Below, in pieces: positions 1-7,657 of a stretch of DNA of 38,968 bases (positions are counted from its first letter, which is position 1; each line of letters begins with the position of its first letter). The notes under the pieces were generated by a model. It was not told the DNA's origin, searched no databases, and saw nothing but the letters and a program-made list of their open reading frames with translations. The position numbers and the translations under genes were made by a program. Source of the DNA: a virus (Duplodnaviria > Caudoviricetes); IMG/VR virus record IMGVR_UViG_3300027819_000030, positions 1 to 38,968 of that record; one strand, given 5' to 3'.

Positions 1-20
1 CGGGCTCGCGGTCGAGGAGG

Positions 21-269
21 TTGCGCGCTACGAAGAGCGAGGCGAAGCTTGACATCGAGCCGCACGCCCGCTGCCACAAGAACAGTCGTGCGCATCAGCT
101 CTACGTGTTTCTCCGCGAGCACAGGGTTTCCGCGAGCCCGGAGGAGATCGCTGTGGCCCTGGGTATCACGCCGAGCTACGCGCGGATGTTGCTGTGGCGC
201 GAATCGAACTTCGGCCAGGTGAAACGGAGTGGTGTTCTCGGGCATTATCGGTACGCGCTGGACACGTGA
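21..269 (+). CDS. Small HTH DNA-binding protein (possible late regulator)
   Basis: GAGGAGG RBS before a TTG start; SPEEIAVALGITPSYARMLL is HTH-like, followed by a wing-like segment; lies upstream of rusA and the terminase. Confidence 0.55.
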   Translation: MRATKSEAKLDIEPHARCHKNSRAHQLYVFLREHRVSASPEEIAVALGITPSYARMLLWRESNFGQVKRSGVLGHYRYALDT

Positions 270-275
270 GAGCCG

Positions 276-665
276 ATGATCGAACTTCGCCTTCCCTATC
301 CCCTCTCCTCGAACCGCTACTGGCGATCGTTCGTTCCTAAGGGCTGGACGCGCGCGGTTGTGGCGCCATCGGACGAAGCGAAGTCCTACAAGTCGCAGGT
401 CGGCTGGATCGCGAAAGCTTCCGGCGTGCGACAGCCGCTCACCGGCCCGGTTGAAGTTCACCTCAAGCTCGTACCAATCAACCGCTGCCGCATCGATCTA
501 TCGAACTGTTGGAAGGTCGCCGAGGACGCACTGCAGGGGATCGTGTTCAACAACGACAGCCAGGTCGTGCGGCTTGTGGCGGAACTTGCCGAGCCCGACG
601 GGAAGGGTGCGCTGATTGTACGCGTGATCGAGTTCACCCCGCAGCCGGCGCCGCTCTTCGCTTGA
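276..665 (+). CDS. rusA: RusA-family Holliday junction resolvase
   Basis: LPYPLSSNRYWR N-terminus, DLSNCWKVAEDAL (DxDNxxK..D-like) and FNNDSQV motifs; typical nin-region position. Confidence 0.85.
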   Translation: MIELRLPYPLSSNRYWRSFVPKGWTRAVVAPSDEAKSYKSQVGWIAKASGVRQPLTGPVEVHLKLVPINRCRIDLSNCWKVAEDALQGIVFNNDSQVVRLVAELAEPDGKGALIVRVIEFTPQPAPLFA

Positions 666-674
666 GAGGGTGCC

Positions 675-1208
675 TTGCCCGAAATCGTATTCGATGGTGA
701 CTCTGTGTCGACTCACTTCGGATTCAAGCCTGAGGACGGATGGCCGTACCTGGTCGCCGGCAGCAGCGGCGTCAATCTCTCCACGTATAAATCGACCGCC
801 GCAATATGCCTCGCTCGTCTTCCGCAGGCCGTCGAATTGCACCCGCGCTGGTACGTGCTTCAGATCGGCCAGTGGAGCCATAACCACGAACCGTTGGATG
901 AGTTCTCGCGTAACGTTGGCGCGATTCTCACGGAAATCCGCGCGCGATCAATCCGGGCCTGTGTCGTAAGCCCGCCGCTTTCACCGAGACCTTGGCATCT
1001 TGGCCCGTTCGTAGATGCCCTGTGCACAAGCGCGTCAATTCACGGCGCGCTGTATATCGGGCTCCTTGACCACATGCTGGCCCTTCCCGACACCGAGGCC
1101 GCTCAATGGATTCGGCCGGACGAGTCTAGATGCCACTTCAGCAGGTACGGGCACCTGCGGATGGCCCAGATGTTCAGCAAGAGCATGGAATCTCAATCAG
1201 CTCCTTGA
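675..1208 (+). CDS. SGNH/GDSL-family hydrolase (esterase)
   Basis: IVFDGDSVS block I, VLQIGQWS block III-like, C-terminal CHFSRYGHLRMA resembling the HxxxxGH block V. Confidence 0.65.
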   Translation: MPEIVFDGDSVSTHFGFKPEDGWPYLVAGSSGVNLSTYKSTAAICLARLPQAVELHPRWYVLQIGQWSHNHEPLDEFSRNVGAILTEIRARSIRACVVSPPLSPRPWHLGPFVDALCTSASIHGALYIGLLDHMLALPDTEAAQWIRPDESRCHFSRYGHLRMAQMFSKSMESQSAP

Positions 1209-1234
1209 CGGCACGCCCGTGACAGCGTAAAAGC
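1205..1234 (+). promoter_or_regulatory. Putative late promoter upstream of terS
   Basis: TTGACG (1205-1210), 17 bp spacer, TAAAAG (1228-1233); shares AGCGTAAAAGC with the site at 10243-10253. Confidence 0.5.
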
Positions 1235-1274
1235 CGCGCGCGGAGAAGGTCAATTCCGCGGAGCGTCCGGCACT

Positions 1275-1802
1275 ATGAGCACCGAAGCATCGATTGAGCG
1301 GCCCAAGGGCAAAGTTGGCGGGGCGCGCGCCGGGGCCGGTCGGCCTCGCTTCAGCGCAACGCCGGAGCAGCGCGCCATGGTGCGCGCGATGGTGATCGCC
1401 GGCGTGCCGGAAACTGAGATTGCGCAGGCTTTCGCCCTCCTTCCAGGACGTCGCATTGGCATTTCGCCGACGACCTTGCGCACCTACTTCCGCACCGAGA
1501 TCGACATGGGCAAACACCTGGCGAACGCCAAGGTGGTGGCGAACTTGTTTCGCATGGCCTCGACCGGCGACAACCCCGCAGCAGCGATCTACTGGACGAA
1601 GACGCAACTCGGCTGGCGCGATGTCCAGCACGTCAGCTTGAGCGGAAAGCTCACTCACGAAGTCGTGAAAGGGATCGATGTCTCAAGCCTCACCGACGAC
1701 GAGCTCGCGCAGCTGCGGGCCGGGGAAGCCACCGACGAACTCCTCGCCCGAATCGCTCTCGCCGCTCGCACTCCTGCAACTGCGGGCAGCGGCGGAGCTT
1801 AG
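1275..1802 (+). CDS. terS: Terminase small subunit
   Basis: GGARAGAGRP N-terminal motif, HTH, AAAIYWTKTQLGWRD, C-terminal DVSSLTDDEL; directly upstream of TerL. Confidence 0.85.
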   Translation: MSTEASIERPKGKVGGARAGAGRPRFSATPEQRAMVRAMVIAGVPETEIAQAFALLPGRRIGISPTTLRTYFRTEIDMGKHLANAKVVANLFRMASTGDNPAAAIYWTKTQLGWRDVQHVSLSGKLTHEVVKGIDVSSLTDDELAQLRAGEATDELLARIALAARTPATAGSGGA

Positions 1803-3339
1803 GTTCCGCGAGCAGCTCCGGGCGAGCCGTGCACCGCGGCCGCAGCCGGGGCCGCAGTCGGCGTTCCTCTCCTCGAAATGTGACATCGTGATCTACGGCG
1901 GGTCCGCCGGTTGCGGCAAGTCCCGCGGCCTGCTGATGTGGGCCGCCTCCGATGCCGACAACCCGCTCATGCGTGCCGTCATCTTCAGGCGGACCACGCC
2001 AGAGATTCGAAAGCCCGGGGGCCTGTGGGATGAGAGCAAGGACCTGTACTCGTACCTTCGGCCGCACCCCGTCGATCAGTTCCTGGAGCATCGCTTCCCC
2101 TCCGGTTCCTACGTCAAGTTCGATCACCTCGAGTACGACAAGACCGTCACCGATTGGGATTCCTCGCAGATCCCGAAGATCGGCTTCGACCAGCTGGAGC
2201 AGTTCAGCCGCTACCAGTTCTTCTACATGCTCTCCCGCAACCGTTCCATGTCCGGGATCTCCGCCCAGGTCCGCGGCGCCTGCAACCCGGATGCCGACTC
2301 CTGGCTCGCCGAGTTTCTCTCCTGGTGGATCGACCAGCGGGAGAAGCTGGATGATGGCGAGAGGAATCCCCGTTACGGGTTACCCATTCTCGAGCGTTCC
2401 GGCGTCCCGCGCTGGTTCGTGCGCGATGGCGATGCCATTGTCTGGGCCGACACCCGCGCCGAGCTCGTCACGAAGTTCGGCGAGGATTCGCACCCGACCT
2501 CGGTCACCTTCATCCCGGGCACGATCTACGACAACCCGATTCTGCTGGCCGGCAATCCGCAGTACCTCGCCCGGCTGAAGGCCCTGCCGCGTGTCGAGCG
2601 CGAGCGCCTGCTCGGCGGCAACTGGAAGATCCGCGCGCGCGCCGGCATGCTCTTTCGCCGCGAATGGTGCGAGGTCGTCGACATGCTGCCACCGGGCTGC
2701 GAGCTCGTGCGTGGCTGGGACCGTGCGGCGACCCCAAAGACCGAGACGAACGATCCAGACTGGACCGTTGGCGCCAAGCTCGCGCGTGACCGCGCCGGTG
2801 TCTATTACATCTGCGGCGACTTGCGCATGCGCGACTCCGCCGGAAAGGTGAAGCGCGCCATCGTGAACACCGCGACGGCCGACGGGATCGCCTGCCGTGT
2901 CGCCATCCGCCAGGATCCCGGACAGGCCGGGAAGTCCCAGGCCGAGGACGACATCCGCGAGCTGGACGGCTTCACAATTTGGCAGAAGATCGAGAGCGGC
3001 GACAAGGTCGTCCGGTTCTCTCCGTTCTCCTCGCAGGCCGAGCATGGCAACGTGAAGATCCTGCGCGGGGCCTGCTCCGAGGAATTCCTCTCCTCACTCG
3101 AGGCTTTTCCCGAAGCCGCACATGACGATGATCCCGATGCGGTGTCCACCGCGTACGATGCCCTCAACGATGCCCGCGGGCAGGGCCTTCGCGACTTCAT
3201 CCGCGAGCAGTCCGAAGCCCTCAAAGCCGCCCAGGAGCGCGCCGCCGGCCGCGGCAATGGTTCGGGCAACGGCAAGGATCATGCAGCGCCCACGGGCCTG
3301 AATGGTGGCGCTGCGGCGCTGATGGAGGTCGCGCAATGA
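1678..3339 (+). CDS. terL: Terminase large subunit (Terminase_6-like)
   Basis: PQPGPQ, Walker A YGGSAGCGKS, Walker B-like IGFDQL, ACNPD coupling motif, RGWD and HDDDPDA nuclease motifs; start uncertain because of overlap with terS. Confidence 0.92.
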   Translation: MSQASPTTSSRSCGPGKPPTNSSPESLSPLALLQLRAAAELRFREQLRASRAPRPQPGPQSAFLSSKCDIVIYGGSAGCGKSRGLLMWAASDADNPLMRAVIFRRTTPEIRKPGGLWDESKDLYSYLRPHPVDQFLEHRFPSGSYVKFDHLEYDKTVTDWDSSQIPKIGFDQLEQFSRYQFFYMLSRNRSMSGISAQVRGACNPDADSWLAEFLSWWIDQREKLDDGERNPRYGLPILERSGVPRWFVRDGDAIVWADTRAELVTKFGEDSHPTSVTFIPGTIYDNPILLAGNPQYLARLKALPRVERERLLGGNWKIRARAGMLFRREWCEVVDMLPPGCELVRGWDRAATPKTETNDPDWTVGAKLARDRAGVYYICGDLRMRDSAGKVKRAIVNTATADGIACRVAIRQDPGQAGKSQAEDDIRELDGFTIWQKIESGDKVVRFSPFSSQAEHGNVKILRGACSEEFLSSLEAFPEAAHDDDPDAVSTAYDALNDARGQGLRDFIREQSEALKAAQERAAGRGNGSGNGKDHAAPTGLNGGAAALMEVAQ

Positions 3340-5651
3340 GCGGCCGCGAGCCCCTCGAGCAGTTCCTCGCCTTCGGTGAGCAGGTCGCCAAGGTCGCCGG
3401 CGCCCGCGGTGTCGCGATCGACCCGGCGGTGGTCGCCGCTGTTGCCGCCGGCCTGTCGCGCCCGGGCGGCTCCTCGATGACAGGCCCACAGGCCGACTCC
3501 GGCATCTTCAACCGCCTGCGTACCGCAGCGCGCTACCTCGTCACCGGGGTCGGCCCGCAGAACTTCTTCGGTCCCTGGCAGCCGATCGCGCCGATGGCCG
3601 ATCGCCCCGAGCAGGGTGTCATCGGGCGGCTGGTCGACTACATGGCCGGGCAGAACCTGCAGATCCCGCCGCGGGCCCCGGAGGCGATCGATTTCCCCAC
3701 GTTACGCGCCTTCGCGACGAACTACGACCTCTTGGCGCTCGCTATCGAAACATGTAAGGACCAAGTCGCCTCGTTCGGCTGGGAGATCGTGCCCGAGGAC
3801 GACAAGGCCGATCCGGCTGCATTTCAGGAGGAGATCAGCCGAATCTCGAGCTTCCTTGAGCGCCCCGACAAGGAACTGGACTTCGACACCTGGCTCGGGA
3901 AGTTCCTCGACGACAACCTCATCCTCGACGCGGTCGCGGTGTACCCGCGCATGGACAAGAAGGGCGAACTCTATGCCCTGGACCTGATGGACGCTGGCAC
4001 CATCGCCCGCATCATCGACGAGTACGGGAGGACGCCGATCCCGCCCGATCCGGCCTACCGCCAGGTGATCAAAGGCATCCCGGCGGTGTTCTACACGCGC
4101 GATGATCTCGCCTATCTCGTGCGCCGGCCGCGGACCTGGAAGCTCTACGGCTGGGGGCCGATCGAGCAGGTGATCATGACGGTGAACATTGCCCTCCGTC
4201 GGCAACAACACCAGCTCGAGTTCTACACCGAGGGCTCGGTCCCGGATGCGCTGATCAGCGTGCCGGACACCTGGAGCTCACAACAGATCAAGGATTTCCA
4301 GGGCTGGTTCGACACCATCCTATCCGGGCAGACCGGCGAGCGCCGCAAGGTCCGCTTCATCCCCCAGGCCTCCACAGTCAGCTACACGAAGCAAAACGGC
4401 TTGAAGGACGAGTACGACGAGTGGCTCGCCCGCATCATCTGCTGGGCGCTGTCGATCTCCCCGAACGCCCTCATCAAGCAGATGAACCGCGCCGCCGGCG
4501 AGCAGATCGCCGAAACCGCGAAGGAGGAGGGCCAGGTCCCGCGACTGCGCTGGGTGGCTGCGCAGTTGAACGCACTGCTGCGGCAATACCTCGGCATGCG
4601 TGGCGTCAAGTTCGCCTGGAAATTCGCGAAGGAGATGGACCCGCTGAAAGCCGCGCAGGCCGCGCAAATCTACGTCCAGCAGAAGGTCGTCACCCCCGAC
4701 GAAGTGCGCACCGATCTCGGGAAGCCCGCGTTGACCGAGGATCAGAGGGCGAGCGCCTGGCCAGCACCGCCGCCTCCGCCGGCGCTGCCCAATCCGGCGA
4801 AGCCCGGCGAGGAAACCGCGCAGCCCGCATCCGGTGCCGCTGCACAACCGCCCGGAGGTGCGGAGAAGCGCCTGGGGGAGTCGCTCGGGAAGGCCCGACG
4901 TGCGAGCACGAAGCGCACGGCGGTCGAGATCGCAGTCGCGCGCGTGGAGAAGTCCGTGGCTGCCGCTATTAACGCAGTCTTCCGGCGCGGCGCGAAATCG
5001 ATCGCGAAGACGCTCTCGGCCGCCTACGCGAGAAAGGGTGCCCGCAAGGGAGCGACCGACGACTTAATCGCTGCGCTCATGCAATCCGTCGACGAGGAGG
5101 AAAAGCAGGTCGCCGTCGACGCGGTGGAAGCGTTCTCCGCCGAGATCACAGCCATGTTCTCGCAGGGTGGCCGTACCGGCCTCGCGAAAGTCGGCATCGA
5201 TACGAGCGAGGCGATGACGAGCCATCTCGATCAGGCCGCCCTCGCGTTTGCCGAGAAACGCGGTGCCGAACTCGTCACCGGGATCGCCGAGACGACGCGC
5301 GACTACCTGCAAAACCTGGTCTCCGAAGCGGTGGAAACCGGTGCGTCGCCCAAGAGCCTGGCCGATGCGATCGAGGGGAGCACGGCGTTCTCGCCCGAAC
5401 GCTCGATGACGATCGCCCGCACGGAGCTTGCGTTCGCGCACGTCTCCGGCAACCTCGAAGGCTGGAAAGAATCCGGCCAGGTCGAAGGCAAGGAATGGCT
5501 GATCGCCTCGGATGCCTGCGAGGAGTGCGAGCCATTGAACGGCGTCGTCGTCGGGCTGGACGAAGATTTCCCGGATGGTGCCGGTGACGGGCCCCCCAAG
5601 CACCCGCGTTGCAGGTGTGACATTTTGCCAGTGCTCACCGAAGGCGAATGA
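3336..5651 (+). CDS. Portal protein fused to a C-terminal MuF/SPP1 gp7-like head morphogenesis domain
   Basis: HK97-like portal N-terminus (YGWGPIEQ, YTEGSVP, TPDEVR), Pro-rich linker, then RSMTIARTE, KEW, CEEC and HPRCRC MuF motifs. Confidence 0.88.
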   Translation: MSGREPLEQFLAFGEQVAKVAGARGVAIDPAVVAAVAAGLSRPGGSSMTGPQADSGIFNRLRTAARYLVTGVGPQNFFGPWQPIAPMADRPEQGVIGRLVDYMAGQNLQIPPRAPEAIDFPTLRAFATNYDLLALAIETCKDQVASFGWEIVPEDDKADPAAFQEEISRISSFLERPDKELDFDTWLGKFLDDNLILDAVAVYPRMDKKGELYALDLMDAGTIARIIDEYGRTPIPPDPAYRQVIKGIPAVFYTRDDLAYLVRRPRTWKLYGWGPIEQVIMTVNIALRRQQHQLEFYTEGSVPDALISVPDTWSSQQIKDFQGWFDTILSGQTGERRKVRFIPQASTVSYTKQNGLKDEYDEWLARIICWALSISPNALIKQMNRAAGEQIAETAKEEGQVPRLRWVAAQLNALLRQYLGMRGVKFAWKFAKEMDPLKAAQAAQIYVQQKVVTPDEVRTDLGKPALTEDQRASAWPAPPPPPALPNPAKPGEETAQPASGAAAQPPGGAEKRLGESLGKARRASTKRTAVEIAVARVEKSVAAAINAVFRRGAKSIAKTLSAAYARKGARKGATDDLIAALMQSVDEEEKQVAVDAVEAFSAEITAMFSQGGRTGLAKVGIDTSEAMTSHLDQAALAFAEKRGAELVTGIAETTRDYLQNLVSEAVETGASPKSLADAIEGSTAFSPERSMTIARTELAFAHVSGNLEGWKESGQVEGKEWLIASDACEECEPLNGVVVGLDEDFPDGAGDGPPKHPRCRCDILPVLTEGE

Positions 5652-5655
5652 CGCG

Positions 5656-6324
5656 ATGACTCTTCCATCCGACCTCGCCCTCGCGCGCCTCTGTGCTGCG
5701 ACGTATGCCGCAGGCGACGGCTCGACATGGCAACGCTGGTGGTACGGTGCCGAGGTCTGGGTTGCGGCCTGCGAACTCTCCGGCGCGCAGGTCCTCGCCT
5801 TCCGCGGTTCGCGTGCGGTGATCGATTGGAAGCGCGATTTCCGCGGGCTGCCGGTGCGACATCCCACACTCGGATTCTGCCACCGCGGATTCCTTGAAGG
5901 CATGAACGAGGTCGCGGCCGAACTCGGTCTGTACCTTTCCAGCTCGCGCCCGATCGTTCTGACCGGACACAGCCTGGGCGCCGCGCGAGCCTGGATCGCA
6001 GCAGCGATGTTGATTACCGCAGGTCTGCGGGTTGCGAAGGTCTGCGTGTTCGGGTCTCCGCGCCCGGGGTTCGAGAAGCTCGCCTGCACACTGCGCGATT
6101 CGCAGGCGGTGCTGCGCTCGTATCGCAACCTCGATGACCCGGTGACGCGCGTTCCGTTCTTCGCCGGCCTGTATCGGCATCCGGTTGAGCCCGAGCGCCT
6201 GCAGGAGCCACCGGAACGAGCGGGAGACATGCTCGCCGAACACGCCATTTCGCTCTACGTCCGGGGCCTTGAGCGCCTGGAGAACCAGGAGGCCGTGCCG
6301 GCGGAAGTCGGCGCGCCTTCGTGA
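5656..6324 (+). CDS. Class 3 lipase (alpha/beta hydrolase)
   Basis: LAFRGS, CHRGF, LTGHSLGAA nucleophile elbow, FGSPRPG, DDPVTRVP, and EH...Y catalytic His; start reassigned to the ATG at 5656. Confidence 0.88.
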   Translation: MTLPSDLALARLCAATYAAGDGSTWQRWWYGAEVWVAACELSGAQVLAFRGSRAVIDWKRDFRGLPVRHPTLGFCHRGFLEGMNEVAAELGLYLSSSRPIVLTGHSLGAARAWIAAAMLITAGLRVAKVCVFGSPRPGFEKLACTLRDSQAVLRSYRNLDDPVTRVPFFAGLYRHPVEPERLQEPPERAGDMLAEHAISLYVRGLERLENQEAVPAEVGAPS

Positions 6325-6341
6325 CCGAAGGAGAAGCCGCG

Positions 6342-7214
6342 ATGAGCAAACGACTGCTACCGAACCCGGATCGCCTTACGATGGTGGTGAACGGCCGCAC
6401 CTATGCCGGGACCGCGGGCGTGCCGATGGATGGCGTCCCCGATTTCGACGCCGCGATCCTGGAGGCGAACGGCTGGCAGCTCCTCGATCCTGCGGCGGCC
6501 GAACTCGATACGCGCGCACTCCTCGCGGCGAACAATCTCTCGGACCTTGCAAGCGCAGCGACGGCGCGCTCCAGCCTCGGCCTCGGGACCGCAGCTACCA
6601 CTGCAACCACGGCCTACGCGACCTCGGCGCAGGGTGCGAAAGCGGACACGGCGCTTCAGCCGGCCACTGCAGTTTCCGTGACGAGCGTGAAATCAAGCGC
6701 TGGTGCCGGAACCGTTGGCGGCGCCGGAATCACGGCCGCGGAGTATGGCGACGGCCGCACGCACCAGACGGTCCTCACGATTGCGGCAACCACTGTCCTT
6801 CCGGCGATCACTGGCAACGCAGCGCAAGGGGTCGGAACGCTCCTCTACACGTTCCCGGCGGGCTCGCAGATCGTCGAGTCGGCCTACATGTCGGTAGGCA
6901 TCACGCAGTCCGAGGGTCACATCAACGCCGACACCCCGGACGTCGGAATCGGAACCGTCGTCGCCACGGGTGGCGTATCCGTGCTCGATGGCACCGGCAC
7001 GTTCGAGAACATCGTCACCGGGCAGACCGCCGCGAATTGCACCGGCACGGCGAGCGTGGCCACAGCGCTCCCTACAGGCAATGTCCCGCTCATCATCGCA
7101 GCCGGCGACGCGCATACCCTCTACCTGAACGCTGCGGCCACCTGGACACTCGGCGGCGATGCTGCTGCAAAGCTCACCGGAACCGTCACGATCAACTGGC
7201 GCACGATGGCCTGA
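6342..7214 (+). CDS. Probable virion head fibre/decoration protein
   Basis: AAGGAG RBS before ATG 6342; LAANNLSDLASAATARSSLGLGTAAT phage fibre motif; Thr/Gly/Ala-rich beta C-terminus. Confidence 0.6.
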   Translation: MSKRLLPNPDRLTMVVNGRTYAGTAGVPMDGVPDFDAAILEANGWQLLDPAAAELDTRALLAANNLSDLASAATARSSLGLGTAATTATTAYATSAQGAKADTALQPATAVSVTSVKSSAGAGTVGGAGITAAEYGDGRTHQTVLTIAATTVLPAITGNAAQGVGTLLYTFPAGSQIVESAYMSVGITQSEGHINADTPDVGIGTVVATGGVSVLDGTGTFENIVTGQTAANCTGTASVATALPTGNVPLIIAAGDAHTLYLNAAATWTLGGDAAAKLTGTVTINWRTMA

Positions 7215-7224
7215 GGAGATTGAA

Positions 7225-7647
7225 ATGCTGAAACGACTGAATCCATTCGCCGCCTACCTTGCGCTCTCGGTGCTGTGCGTGCTCATCGGGCTCATGCGAG
7301 CCGGAGATGCGCAGACGGCGCCCGACCCGCTCACCATCTTCCCCGGCACGAACTCGCAGTTCTCCTCGCTCATCCGGCCGGTCCCGTCCTACGTCGATGC
7401 CCGAGTGCTCGCTGCATCGGTCGCGGAGTCGCAGGTCGTCCCGGCGGGCAGCACTTGGGTGCTCTTCTCCGCGAACTGCACGTTCTACGCGAAGGCGAAT
7501 GCGGCGGCGACGGTGCCGGGCGCGGACACCACGAATGGGTCCTCGTCAGAGCTGAACCCGGCCGCGTGGCGCATCACGACTGGCGTGATCTCGATCTCCG
7601 TGATCTCGCCCACGGCCTGCGTCATCACGATGAGCTTCTATAGCTGA
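7225..7647 (+). CDS. Small beta-rich protein with N-terminal signal peptide
   Basis: GAGGAG RBS before ATG 7225; MLKR, hydrophobic core, AGDA/Q cleavage-like site; beta-strand-rich body. Confidence 0.65.
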   Translation: MLKRLNPFAAYLALSVLCVLIGLMRAGDAQTAPDPLTIFPGTNSQFSSLIRPVPSYVDARVLAASVAESQVVPAGSTWVLFSANCTFYAKANAAATVPGADTTNGSSSELNPAAWRITTGVISISVISPTACVITMSFYS

Positions 7648-7657
7648 GGTTGTAACG

